Assembly (NCBI GenBank): GCA_044227665.1
Contig: JBGAWK010000001.1
Coordinates: 32,324 to 96,323 of the forward strand
DNA: 64,000 nt
From: Chitinophagales bacterium
GTDB taxonomy: Bacteria > Bacteroidota > Bacteroidia > Chitinophagales > JADIYW01
Reading direction: 5' to 3'
Position 1 is the first letter of the stretch; each line of letters opens with the position of its first letter. Positions 39,523 to 49,335 of the stretch are shown in pieces. The notes under the pieces were generated by a model. It searched no databases. It had not been told where the DNA came from and was given only the letters and a program-made list of their open reading frames with translations. The translations under genes and the position numbers were made by a program.

Positions 39523-40040
39523 TCATTTTTAAAACCCATAGACTGGGCATACTTCGCCAAAGATGCTTTGAGCTGGTTTCTTGCTCTGTGCAACCTAGAT
39601 CGTATAGTGCCTATGGGTACATCCATAATTTTTGCTATTTCTTCGTACGAAAAATCTTCTAAGTCACAAAGTATAATTACCGTTTTATAATCTACGGATA
39701 AGCTATTCAGGGCTTTGGTAACTTCATCACCCATCATCTTATTTACCAAATCTTCGTGAAAATCATAAGTAGATATTTCGCTTTCTTCATTTGTATTGTG
39801 ATGTTCGACGATATCTTCAAAATCTACGGTTACGGGTGTTTTACTTTTCTTTCTATAATCATTGAAGAATGAATTCTTCATTATCTTGAAAAGCCATGCT
39901 TTAGGATTTGTACCCACTTGATAGTTGGTAATAAATCTGTAGGCCTTCATGAAAGTATCCTGTACAAGGTCTTCAGCATCGGCATCATTACCCGTAAGAT
40001 GATAAGCAAAATTATATAATGCTTTAGCATTTGGCAACAA
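39519..40040 (-). CDS. ECF (sigma-70 family) RNA polymerase sigma factor, SigH/SigR-like; N-terminus probably extends upstream of the listed TTG start
   Basis: Region 2 DADAEDLVQDTFMKAYRF...GTNPKAWLFKIMKN. Region 4 EIAKIMDVPIGTIRSRLHRARNQL. The in-frame upstream sequence (to the stop at 40137-40139) encodes ...SDSAEVLFEEELLP, which continues the family pattern but contains no ATG, GTG or TTG. Confidence 0.8.
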   Translation of the reverse strand: MLPNAKALYNFAYHLTGNDADAEDLVQDTFMKAYRFITNYQVGTNPKAWLFKIMKNSFFNDYRKKSKTPVTVDFEDIVEHHNTNEESEISTYDFHEDLVNKMMGDEVTKALNSLSVDYKTVIILCDLEDFSYEEIAKIMDVPIGTIRSRLHRARNQLKASLAKYAQSMGFKNE

Positions 40041-40117
40041 TTCCTCTTCAAAAAGAACCTCAGCAGAATCTGAATTATGTCGTACTATCTTTTCTATCCT
40101 ACAAAACTGAAAAAAAT

Positions 40118-41392
40118 GTGGATAAGTTCCAAATATTTAGAAATATATTTATATTACGCCTAACAAAAAAATTAATATATATCCAAAAAGCACAATACAT
40201 AAGTCTATGTTTACTATTCCTATTCTTACCATTTAGTAAAGGTCTCAGTAATACGTTTGCCTACATAACTATACTCATTACCATATTGAATATATATGTA
40301 TATAATTATAAAAAGTGTCTATTACCTATAAAATATCTCAATTTTAGTGCTGCCATAGCCTTAATATATCTCATAAGTATAGTATGGAGTGAAAATTGGG
40401 AAGAAGGTATTAATTTCATGAAAAATAAATTTTTACTACTGCTTATACCTCTATTTTTTGTAGAACAGTCAGAAGAAAAGATCATAAGGCTTACCACACT
40501 ATTTAGCTATACCTTATTTGTAGCTACTATACTAATTTTTCTTTGCAACATCATACCTGATAAAAATCTTGAATTATATAGCCACAGATTTCCGCATCTC
40601 CTTAATCCTTATATTCCTTATGACAAAAAACTATTCGGCATATATAGTCCATTTATTGAAAGAATTCAATGGGGAAATATAGTAGGCATAGCCTGTATAT
40701 TGAATATATATTATTACTTAAAGTATAAGAAAAAGAAACTGCTCCTATTCAGCATTATCCTTGCTATCACTATTATACTTTCAGGTAGCAGAGGTACTTG
40801 GATAGCTCTAGTAATGGTAGCATTATATGCGATAGCAACATATCCATCTACTTGGAAATACAAAATACTGTACATCATTATTTTAATATCTACTTTGTCC
40901 GTAACCTATCAGATTTCTTTTGTTCAAAAGAGAATACTACAAGCCCAATATGAATACAACATGGTATTCAAAGAGCATAAACTTGGAGGTATTGAAAACT
41001 ATTCTTCCATAAGGCGATTAGTATCATGGCAAAATTCTTTTACTCTCATAAAAAATAATTGGCTCATAGGTACAGGAATTGGCGACTATAGTAACAAATA
41101 CCAAGATGTATATCAATCCAATAATAATTTCAATCTCCCTGTAAATAATCACTCTCAATGGCTACATATTATAGGGAGCACAGGAATTGTAGGCTTACTT
41201 TTCGTGCTATGTTTTTTAATATATGGATACAAAATATCTGAAAACAAAAACTTATATTTCATCATAAGCATCTTTTATTCTACCGTATTTATTTTTGATG
41301 CTATACTTTTACAGACTACAGACTGCATATTATTTGCGATAATGTACAGCACCTTGTTTCATGGCAACAAAACTAAATATATTACATCTTAG
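40118..41392 (+). CDS. O-antigen ligase/polymerase (Wzy_C) family membrane protein
   Basis: Polytopic. Characteristic loop block LSGSRGTWIALVM. Start set to the in-frame GTG at 40118, because the track start (TTG 40031) would run antisense through the sigma-factor 5' end. Confidence 0.65.
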   Translation: MDKFQIFRNIFILRLTKKLIYIQKAQYISLCLLFLFLPFSKGLSNTFAYITILITILNIYVYNYKKCLLPIKYLNFSAAIALIYLISIVWSENWEEGINFMKNKFLLLLIPLFFVEQSEEKIIRLTTLFSYTLFVATILIFLCNIIPDKNLELYSHRFPHLLNPYIPYDKKLFGIYSPFIERIQWGNIVGIACILNIYYYLKYKKKKLLLFSIILAITIILSGSRGTWIALVMVALYAIATYPSTWKYKILYIIILISTLSVTYQISFVQKRILQAQYEYNMVFKEHKLGGIENYSSIRRLVSWQNSFTLIKNNWLIGTGIGDYSNKYQDVYQSNNNFNLPVNNHSQWLHIIGSTGIVGLLFVLCFLIYGYKISENKNLYFIISIFYSTVFIFDAILLQTTDCILFAIMYSTLFHGNKTKYITS

Positions 41393-42440
41393 CACAGCTA
41401 AAATATGGCGAGGTGCAGAAAGACAGATAGTAAATCTATATACAGGTTTACTGCCGCATTGTAATCCCTATATAGTTTGTCCCACAGACAGCCCTCTAGC
41501 ACACTATTGCCAAAGAAAAAATATTTCCTATTATACCATTACTATGGGTGGCGCAATACTGCCAAAGGCAGCCTACTATCTATATAAGTATGCCAAAGAA
41601 AAAAATATAGATATAATACATACCCACGACTCACACGCTATAAACCTATACCTCAATGCCTATATTTATGGTCTTAAAATTCCGGCTGTCGTATCGCGAA
41701 GAGTAGATTTCAATATAGGTAAAGGATATTTTTCGCTATGGAAGTACAATCATCCGAGTATAAAAAAAATTATTTGTGTTTCCGAGGCAATACAAAATAT
41801 CATTGCGCCTAAAATATATGACAAAAGCAAACTCATTACCATATATTCAGGTATAGACATTCAAAAAATTATACATAAAGAATCTAAAAATCTTCATGCT
41901 GAATTTAATATTCCAAATGTAAAAAAAATTGTAGGTACAGCTGCAGCTTTAGTACCTCATAAGGATATAAACACTTTCATTACTACAGCTCAAAAGTTGA
42001 AAAATGAAAATATACAGTTTATCATATTTGGAAAAGGAGAACAAGAACAGCAACTTAAAACTAGCGTTAGTAATTTAGGCATACGAAATATCATATTTGC
42101 AGGACATCGTGAAGATATAATACAATTTATCAAAGGATTAGACATATTTCTATTTACAAGTAAAATGGAAGGATTGAGTACCACATTATTAGATACTATG
42201 GCAAGTAAGATTCCTATTGTAGGAACTCTAGCTGGTGGTGCTGCAGAAATACTGATACCCAATACTACAGCACTAACAGCTAGCATAGGTAATGCTCAAA
42301 AACTATCACAAAATATACAAACACTATTGGAAGATGAAGCATTACGAAATCAAATCATAGATAATGCATTTAATTTTGTTCAAAAATTCGATTATACCTA
42401 CACCGCTACCAAAACCTTAGAAGTATATAAAAGTATATGA
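41361..42440 (+). CDS. Glycosyltransferase family 4 (GT-B, GT1 superfamily)
   Basis: MATKLNILHLSTAKIWRGAERQ N-terminus. C-terminal sugar-donor block SKMEGLSTTLLDTMASKIPIVGT. Confidence 0.8.
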   Translation: MATKLNILHLSTAKIWRGAERQIVNLYTGLLPHCNPYIVCPTDSPLAHYCQRKNISYYTITMGGAILPKAAYYLYKYAKEKNIDIIHTHDSHAINLYLNAYIYGLKIPAVVSRRVDFNIGKGYFSLWKYNHPSIKKIICVSEAIQNIIAPKIYDKSKLITIYSGIDIQKIIHKESKNLHAEFNIPNVKKIVGTAAALVPHKDINTFITTAQKLKNENIQFIIFGKGEQEQQLKTSVSNLGIRNIIFAGHREDIIQFIKGLDIFLFTSKMEGLSTTLLDTMASKIPIVGTLAGGAAEILIPNTTALTASIGNAQKLSQNIQTLLEDEALRNQIIDNAFNFVQKFDYTYTATKTLEVYKSI

Positions 42441-43018
42441 ATCAAAAAAAGCATATAGCCCTAATGATGGGATCCTACAATCCCATTCATCTAGGTCATC
42501 TACAGATAGCAGTAAGATGCTATGAATCAAAAATATTCGACGAGATATGGCTCGTAATATCACCTGCCAATCCTCATAAAGACAAAAAATTGCTGGCAGA
42601 AGAGAACCATCGCCTGACAATGGTAAACCTAGCCCTACAACCTTTACCCTATCCTATAAAAAGCTGCGATATAGAATTTCAGTTGCCACAACCTTCTTAC
42701 ACAATAAATACTTTAAACGAACTGAAACTTACCTATCCCTACTATACTTTTTCATTAGTATTAGGTGAAGACAATCTGGAAAGACTATATGAATGGAAAA
42801 ATATTGATAGCATCCTGAAAAACTATAAGATTTATATCTACAACAGAAATGGTAAATCGCAAATAAAAGTACCAGAAAATATAACATATTTAGAAATGCC
42901 GATGTTGGATATATCTTCTACAGAAATTAGAAACAGAATACAACAACAAAAACCTATAGATTATTTTGTAACAAAAGAAGTAAAAGATTATATACTTATA
43001 CAACAATTATATAGCTGA
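42437..43018 (+). CDS. nadD: Nicotinate-nucleotide adenylyltransferase
   Basis: GSYNPIHLGHL (HxGH) and ISSTEIRNRI motifs. ATGA overlap with the GT4 gene. Confidence 0.9.
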   Translation: MNQKKHIALMMGSYNPIHLGHLQIAVRCYESKIFDEIWLVISPANPHKDKKLLAEENHRLTMVNLALQPLPYPIKSCDIEFQLPQPSYTINTLNELKLTYPYYTFSLVLGEDNLERLYEWKNIDSILKNYKIYIYNRNGKSQIKVPENITYLEMPMLDISSTEIRNRIQQQKPIDYFVTKEVKDYILIQQLYS

Positions 43019-43588
43019 TTTGGATTTTCAACAGCCAAAATAATAACTTATACTATTGCATTGATAATCAATGAATCATTTTCCACAGCAAAAGCTTCAA
43101 AAAATAGTGGAACAGTGACATGAAACGTTCGTATGTGCCTACTTATACTCATACATCCTTACCAGCCTTCATTCAAATGTATAAAAACTACAACTTCTAC
43201 AAAAAATCTATACGCCAAAAACATTAAAATAAACATCTAACATGCCCACTAATTATGCTGTGTAAAGTAAAACTTTATACTTTGTGCATTTGTGTATTAC
43301 TGTTCTAAAATCATATCTCTGAACACGTTACAATCCATATAATATGTGGAAGAAAAATAAAAAATAGGGATAATGAATTATTCAAATGTATTAGAAATTT
43401 TTTTTATACAAATACACACAGCTAATATATAGATGATAATATTTTTTAAAATAATTTATTATTATATAGATAGATTAAAATATAAAATCAATATGTGGAC
43501 AAAACACTTTTTTATGATTATTATTATGATTAAAAAGGGGCGGAGCAGTCATAGCATAGCCTATTGTGAATAGTAAAAAGAATATGAA

Positions 43589-43610
43589 ATAGTTTACATT
43601 TGTGAACTAT
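43589..43610. promoter_or_regulatory. Candidate operator (imperfect 22-bp inverted repeat) upstream of nadA
   Basis: ATAGTTTACATTTGTGAACTAT is self-complementary at 18 of 22 positions. It ends 29 nt before the nadA ATG and just upstream of a TACATTTA (7 of 8 TAnnTTTG) box at 43623-43630. A related TTGTGAA core recurs in CTATTGTGAATAG at 43561-43573. Confidence 0.25.
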
Positions 43611-43639
43611 TAGTGTCGTAAATACATTTATTTATAATA

Positions 43640-44632
43640 ATGGAAAATAAAAAATTAGAGAAAGGATATTTGGATATAGCTATAGATCCTACTATAGATT
43701 TATTTGCAGCGATAGAAAGATTAAAAAAAGAAAAAAATGCAATACTATTAGCTCACTACTATCAGGATGCAGATATTCAGGATATTGCAGATTATATAGG
43801 TGATAGCCTAGGCTTAGCACAAAAAGCACAAGATACTACTGCCGATATGATAGTGTTTGCCGGAGTACATTTTATGGCGGAAACCGCAAAAATTTTGAAC
43901 CCCACAAAAAAAGTGGTATTGCCAGACCTAAAGGCAGGATGCTCCTTGGCAGAGAGTTGTCCACCACAAGAATTCTCTGCCTTCAAAGCATTACACCCCA
44001 ATCATGTAGTAGTGTCTTATATCAACTGTACAGCAGAAATTAAAGCACTAAGCGATTATATCGTTACTTCCAGTAATGCCGAAGCCGTAGTAAATGCAAT
44101 TCCAAGAGAGCAAGGCATAATATTTGCCCCAGACAAAAACTTAGGTGCGTATCTTTCCAAAAAACTCCAAAGAGATATGATACTCTGGGATGGTGCATGC
44201 ATGGTACATGAAATTTTTTCTATAGAAAAAATTCTGCGACTAAAAGACGAAAATCCCGATGCGCTGCTCATTTCACATCCAGAGTGTGAAGCGCCTCTAT
44301 TAGAAATTTCGGATTATATAGGTTCTACAACCAACTTGTTGAAATTTACGATACAGTCTCAGGCACAAAAATTTATTGTAGCTACAGAAACAGGAATTCT
44401 GCATAAGATGCATCAGAATAGTCCTCACAAGACATTTATCCCAGCACCGCCTAATAATAATTGTGCTTGCAACGATTGTCCATACATGAAATTAAATACT
44501 TTAGAAAAAATATATCTCTGCATGCAATACGAACAACCGGAACTACTTATGGATGAAAAGCTACGTCAGAAGGCTAGGATACCTATAGATCGTATGTTGG
44601 ACATCAGTAGAAATGCCGGATTATTGGGATAA
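43640..44632 (+). CDS. nadA: Quinolinate synthase
   Basis: 330 aa. [35 protein letters not shown] and HPECE blocks with conserved Cys residues. Confidence 0.9.
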   Translation: MENKKLEKGYLDIAIDPTIDLFAAIERLKKEKNAILLAHYYQDADIQDIADYIGDSLGLAQKAQDTTADMIVFAGVHFMAETAKILNPTKKVVLPDLKAGCSLAESCPPQEFSAFKALHPNHVVVSYINCTAEIKALSDYIVTSSNAEAVVNAIPREQGIIFAPDKNLGAYLSKKLQRDMILWDGACMVHEIFSIEKILRLKDENPDALLISHPECEAPLLEISDYIGSTTNLLKFTIQSQAQKFIVATETGILHKMHQNSPHKTFIPAPPNNNCACNDCPYMKLNTLEKIYLCMQYEQPELLMDEKLRQKARIPIDRMLDISRNAGLLG

Positions 44633-44642
44633 TATAGCTATC

Positions 44643-45824
44643 ATGACTTACGAATACTATGCCGACATTCTGAAAGACCAGCATCTACCAGTGGCATTTT
44701 TGGATTTGGACATTTTGGACAAAAACATAGTAGATATTGCGAGCCGCGCAGCCGGTTTACCGATACGTGTAGCTACCAAGTCTGTACGTAGTACACAGGT
44801 ATTACAACATATCCTGAAACACCCTGCCTATCAAGGGTTAATGACTTATACAGCTGAAGAAGCGGACTGGCTTCTACATCAGGGCTTCGATGATATACTT
44901 ATGGGCTATCCCTGTATGGAAAGCAACGATATAGAAAAAATTTGTAAGCATACCCAGTCGGGAAAAAAAGTTGTACTTATGATAGATGATGTCGTGCAGC
45001 TAGAACGCATTAATATCATAGCTAAAAATGTGGGCGTTGTGCAGCCTGTATGTATAGACGTAGATATGTCAATGGATTTGCCTGGACTACATTTTGGTGT
45101 GTATCGCTCTCCTATTACCAATGTACAACAATTTAAAAAGTTGGTAGAAAGACACAAAGAATTCCCACAAATAAAAATAGTGGGGTTGATGGGCTATGAA
45201 GCCCAAATTGCTGGACTCGGCGACGCTGTAGAAGGCAAAGCTCTGATGAATACGGTTATCAAAGGACTGAAAAATTCTTCTATCACACAGTTGGCAGCAA
45301 GACGGAAGGCTTGCGTAGAATTTCTAAAAAAAATCGGGCTCACGCCCGAGCTTGTTAATGGCGGAGGCACGGGAAGTATCGAAAGTACCCATAAAGAAGC
45401 CTGGGTGACGGAAGTTACCGTAGGCTCTGGTTTTTATAGCCCCACATTGTTTGATAGCTATAGCGGATTCCGACATGGCGCTGCGCTGGCTTATGCTTTA
45501 CGCATAGTAAGAAGCCCCAAAGAAAAAATGTTTACAGCAATGGGGGGAGGCTACATAGCCTCAGGAAGTATAGGCATAGAAAAACAACCGCTACCATATC
45601 TACCTAAAGGCATAAAATTGACAACTAATGAAGGTACGGGAGAGGTGCAGACACCCTTCGAATATAACGGAACAGAAAAATTGTCTATAGGGTCACCGGT
45701 ATTTTTCCGCCATGCCAAGGCTGGCGAGCTATGCGAGCGGTTCAATACAATCACAGTAATATCTAAAGGCAAAATCGTAGATATATGGCAGACCTACCGA
45801 GGAGAAGGGAGGTGCTTTCTATAG
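44643..45824 (+). CDS. Fold-type III (alanine-racemase N-terminal domain) PLP enzyme, D-amino-acid deaminase/aldolase (DSD1/D-TA)-like
   Basis: PVAFLDLDILDKNIVDIASRAAGLPIRVATKSVRS (PLP-lysine type xxATKS), GLMGYEAQIAG, C-terminal beta domain. Start taken at ATG 44643, 10 nt after the nadA stop. The track start at 44613 overlaps nadA. Confidence 0.6.
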   Translation: MTYEYYADILKDQHLPVAFLDLDILDKNIVDIASRAAGLPIRVATKSVRSTQVLQHILKHPAYQGLMTYTAEEADWLLHQGFDDILMGYPCMESNDIEKICKHTQSGKKVVLMIDDVVQLERINIIAKNVGVVQPVCIDVDMSMDLPGLHFGVYRSPITNVQQFKKLVERHKEFPQIKIVGLMGYEAQIAGLGDAVEGKALMNTVIKGLKNSSITQLAARRKACVEFLKKIGLTPELVNGGGTGSIESTHKEAWVTEVTVGSGFYSPTLFDSYSGFRHGAALAYALRIVRSPKEKMFTAMGGGYIASGSIGIEKQPLPYLPKGIKLTTNEGTGEVQTPFEYNGTEKLSIGSPVFFRHAKAGELCERFNTITVISKGKIVDIWQTYRGEGRCFL

Positions 45825-46157
45825 TGCTGCCAAGGTATCATCATCACGTACAATCATAGCTTTTGAGCCATCTACGACTATAGGTCTTTGCAATAATATA
45901 GGATAATCTACTAGGGCTCGTACCCAGTCTGTACTTTTGATGTCTTTGTCAGCAAAGTGGGTCTTAAAAATTTCTTCTCCTGTTCGTATCATCTGGTAGG
46001 GAGATAAATGTAGTAATGTCGCTAAGGTATTTATCTCTTCGTATGTAAGTGGATTTTTGAGGTACTCTATCACAGAAACCTCTGTATATTTTTCTTCCAG
46101 CCTTTGTAGTGCTTTACGACTTTTGCCACACCTAGGATTATGATAAATGATTTTCAT
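45819..46157 (-). CDS. ArsC/Spx/YffB-family thioredoxin-fold protein
   Basis: MKIIYHNPRCGKSRKALQRLEE. 112 aa. Confidence 0.75.
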   Translation of the reverse strand: MKIIYHNPRCGKSRKALQRLEEKYTEVSVIEYLKNPLTYEEINTLATLLHLSPYQMIRTGEEIFKTHFADKDIKSTDWVRALVDYPILLQRPIVVDGSKAMIVRDDDTLAAL

Positions 46158-46169
46158 ATCTGTATGATT

Positions 46170-47357
46170 TTATAATGCTTTCGCTAATACTTTTACGGTT
46201 GTTTTTTCGCAAATTTCTCCTTCAGGAGTAATGTTTTCTAATAATAAAATTCCCGGAGCTTTCCCTATCTCCAAGGTACCCAATACAGAGGACAGCCCCA
46301 GTGCCTTTGCACCATTTATTGTAGCCCATTGCAAGAGCGTAGTAGTAGGAATATAGCTTTGGTATTTTTTTATCGTTTTCAGTTCATCGAGAACCGAAAG
46401 TTGCCAGTTAGAAGTAAGACTATCTGTGCCAATGGTTACACAGGCATCAGTTGCCAGGAAATTTCTATAATCAGGTAGGCGATTTTCTATATACAAATTG
46501 GCATTGGGACATGTAGCCCAAAATATTTCTCCCGAATACGATTGGCAAGCCATGATATCGCTTTTGTCTGTAAAAGTGTTATGTACCATCAGCACACGAT
46601 GTCCGGGTTGAAGATTTGCCAAAGTGGCATGTATAGAGGTTTTACCGATAGGAAAAAATTGCTGTAAAGACATTCCTAGGCGATTATAAAAATCTACGAA
46701 AGATCCTGTGCCAGAAAGAAACAGCTCATTTTCGCCCAAGGTTTCTTGGTTGTGTATGGATAGTGTTTTGGAATTTTTATTCGTATTATTTATATATTTC
46801 CAGAGTTTTCCACTCATAGAATAAGGAGCATGTGGCGAAAAACTTTTTTGATTTTTTTGGTCTTCTTCCAGTGCATTATAGACAGACAGATACTTTTTAT
46901 ATTCTGAGTCTGTATCTAGATTGCCTAATAAATCAAAATTTTCTACAAACGTGTAGTAATAAAGATTATTTTTCTTCTTCTGGAAGAAGGAATCTGTAGT
47001 ATTAGAAATATCTCCTACTGCGACGATGCCGTTGTCTATCATCTGGTGTTCCGCTGTCACTATAGCGGCATCTATATCTTCTTGAGTGATGCCCCTGTGT
47101 TTGACGACGAAATCTATAAAATCTAAAAGTCCCGTCCCTGTTGGAATCCTTCCTAGCATGTGTGATAATTCCAAGTGGCAATGTGTATTGACAAAACCCG
47201 GTGTTAGGATGCCTCTATAGAATTGTACATCACCGGCATCATGCGCTTCGGAAGTGCTTATATCTATAATTTTATCACCATCCAAAACAAGTACGGCATT
47301 TTCTAAAGGTTCTCCGCAGTGGGTGTATATGCAATCGGCAGATATTTTTTTTATCAT
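46170..47357 (-). CDS. Amidohydrolase-superfamily metal-dependent hydrolase (nucleobase/nucleoside deaminase-like)
   Basis: [12 protein letters not shown] (HxH metal site), a later HNQE and TDS-type blocks. 395 aa. Confidence 0.65.
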   Translation of the reverse strand: MIKKISADCIYTHCGEPLENAVLVLDGDKIIDISTSEAHDAGDVQFYRGILTPGFVNTHCHLELSHMLGRIPTGTGLLDFIDFVVKHRGITQEDIDAAIVTAEHQMIDNGIVAVGDISNTTDSFFQKKKNNLYYYTFVENFDLLGNLDTDSEYKKYLSVYNALEEDQKNQKSFSPHAPYSMSGKLWKYINNTNKNSKTLSIHNQETLGENELFLSGTGSFVDFYNRLGMSLQQFFPIGKTSIHATLANLQPGHRVLMVHNTFTDKSDIMACQSYSGEIFWATCPNANLYIENRLPDYRNFLATDACVTIGTDSLTSNWQLSVLDELKTIKKYQSYIPTTTLLQWATINGAKALGLSSVLGTLEIGKAPGILLLENITPEGEICEKTTVKVLAKAL

Positions 47358-47367
47358 AAAATAGAAA

Positions 47368-48150
47368 CTAATTACCCGTCTTTACGCCTTTGAATTGCAG
47401 TTCATTGTAATAATAGAATAAATTCCAGGAGCCATTATTGTATTCCAAGGCAGTACAGTTTTCCATCCAGTCGCCGGAATTGAGGTATATGGTCTTCCCT
47501 TTTTCTGTGACTACTTCACGAATTTGAGGTTTATGTATATGTCCACAGATGACGTAGTCATAGCCATGATCTATGGCGTGGTCTATAGCAATTTCTTCAA
47601 AATCTGACACGGACTTCTTTACTACACGTTTTACGCTATCTTTTATCTGCTTGCTGAGCATGATAGGCTCTTTGTCCAACTGTTTTCGTAGATAATTGAT
47701 AAGCCTATTGAGCCGGATGAGATAGTCGTAGCTTCTGCCACCAAGCTTGGCGAGCCATTTGGCCTTTCCTCCTACGGAAAGGTCAAATATATCACCATGA
47801 AATATCCAATGTTTTTTACCGTCAATTTCTTCTACCATTTCGTCAAGAATATGTAATCCATCCAAGGAAAAATTACTGAAGCGTCGCACCGCATCATCGT
47901 GATTGCCGGTGATATAATATACAGGTATTCCGGAACGTACAAAGTCCAGAACTATGAATAAATTTTCGGTGTGTTCATGTGGCCAATGATTGGCGGAAAA
48001 ATTCCATATATCGAACCAGTCTCCATTGATGATGAGTTGCTTGGGTCGTATGCTTCGCAAGTATCTGTTGAGCTCTTTGGCTCTACAACCATAAGTGCCC
48101 AAATGTATATCAGAGATAATACAGACTTCCACCTCACGCTTATGGCTCAT
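47368..48150 (-). CDS. lpxH: UDP-2,3-diacylglucosamine diphosphatase-like metallophosphoesterase
   Basis: [28 protein letters not shown] calcineurin-like motifs in LpxH-like order. 260 aa. Confidence 0.6.
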   Translation of the reverse strand: MSHKREVEVCIISDIHLGTYGCRAKELNRYLRSIRPKQLIINGDWFDIWNFSANHWPHEHTENLFIVLDFVRSGIPVYYITGNHDDAVRRFSNFSLDGLHILDEMVEEIDGKKHWIFHGDIFDLSVGGKAKWLAKLGGRSYDYLIRLNRLINYLRKQLDKEPIMLSKQIKDSVKRVVKKSVSDFEEIAIDHAIDHGYDYVICGHIHKPQIREVVTEKGKTIYLNSGDWMENCTALEYNNGSWNLFYYYNELQFKGVKTGN

Positions 48151-48173
48151 GCTGCAAGATACATAATTTATAT

Positions 48174-49316
48174 TTATGGCAAATGCATACCTGCTGGGAC
48201 ATTATAGATTCCATAGCCATAGCCTATTTCTTTTTGAGATTTTTCTATCCATGATGACATGACCGGCGTTTTTCTAAGGTTATTTAATGTCTCAAAGCCA
48301 TTTCTGGCAATCTCTACCCGATTGGAACCTATAGTAAGATTATTATATTGTCTAGGAAATTTGATATTATAGCCCAGTGTGAATTCTTTCAGTTTATTTT
48401 TTCCTATAAATATATCTCCAAAGAAAGCCAAAGAACCACCGGAATTTTCAATAAAAGATATGTTCATGTCAGAAAATATATGCAATAAGGGCAAATCCCA
48501 GAGCGGTTGTAAGATAAAGAGTTGTTCATGAGCACCAAACCATACCGCTGCCTGTGTCTGTATGTTTCTATAGTTTTGTATGTCACCACGAATAAGAGCG
48601 TCTTCGGCGTCTTTCTGTAATAGGAAGCCATTACGAGCTTCTTGAGTAAGCCATACAGCAGTAATAAAATGTTCAGCCCCATACTTGTTCAATAATGACA
48701 GAGCACCAATATCTGCAAAAACATTCATCTGTCCCTGTAATAGTAATTGAGGAACTTCTTGCAACACGTCACGCAAGTCTTCGCCCGAAGGAAGAAGGAT
48801 TTCTTTGTTGTGTTTTAGTAGTGAGCCAAGCATGATATAGGAAAGCACGATGCCATACCTCACTTCATTGGCAGCATAAATACCTAATTTCGTCCACATA
48901 AATTTAGGATCATTGCGGGTAAGAGCATCATATCCCATAAGTACAAACATATTTTGTGACAAGGTCACATACCCTTTGGAGCTGTTATACTCTTCATTTG
49001 CCAATGTTGTAACTAATACCAATCTATCATAAATATTTTGTCTAATTTTTTGATAAATACTTTCATAGTCATTCATATTTTCTGTGCCGGCATAATATCC
49101 ATCTATATCATTGGCGAGAAGACGAAGATGATTGCGAAATTCTGGGGAGACAGCAACGACATTATCCGTAGAATTCTTCCAATCATCAGCAGCCAGACGC
49201 AAGAAGGTAATATCTTTGTCTTTTAAGGTAGTGGGAATACTTTCTAAAGAGGAATCTTTTATACAGGAAGAAAACAATAAGATACTAGCAATGAGAAGTC
49301 CAAGTATTTTTTTCAT
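48174..49316 (-). CDS. Hypothetical lipoprotein
   Basis: Lipobox-type N-terminus MKKILGLLIASILLFSSC. 380 aa. No motif I recognise. Confidence 0.5.
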   Translation of the reverse strand: MKKILGLLIASILLFSSCIKDSSLESIPTTLKDKDITFLRLAADDWKNSTDNVVAVSPEFRNHLRLLANDIDGYYAGTENMNDYESIYQKIRQNIYDRLVLVTTLANEEYNSSKGYVTLSQNMFVLMGYDALTRNDPKFMWTKLGIYAANEVRYGIVLSYIMLGSLLKHNKEILLPSGEDLRDVLQEVPQLLLQGQMNVFADIGALSLLNKYGAEHFITAVWLTQEARNGFLLQKDAEDALIRGDIQNYRNIQTQAAVWFGAHEQLFILQPLWDLPLLHIFSDMNISFIENSGGSLAFFGDIFIGKNKLKEFTLGYNIKFPRQYNNLTIGSNRVEIARNGFETLNNLRKTPVMSSWIEKSQKEIGYGYGIYNVPAGMHLP

Positions 49317-49335
49317 GAAATAAAAATAAAAAATA

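Noticed and set aside
40031-40117. Track start (TTG 40031) for the O-antigen ligase ORF
   Set aside because: It would place about 90 nt of coding sequence antisense to the 5' end (and probable N-terminal extension) of the sigma-factor gene. The in-frame GTG at 40118 gives a normal short cytoplasmic N-terminus before the first TM segment.
43019-43639. NAD+ class I (nadA motif) riboswitch upstream of nadA
   Set aside because: I could not find the tandem bulged-stem domains with the C-rich conserved bulge that I remember for this RNA. That class is also reported mainly from Acidobacteria. Only an Infernal scan could exclude it formally.
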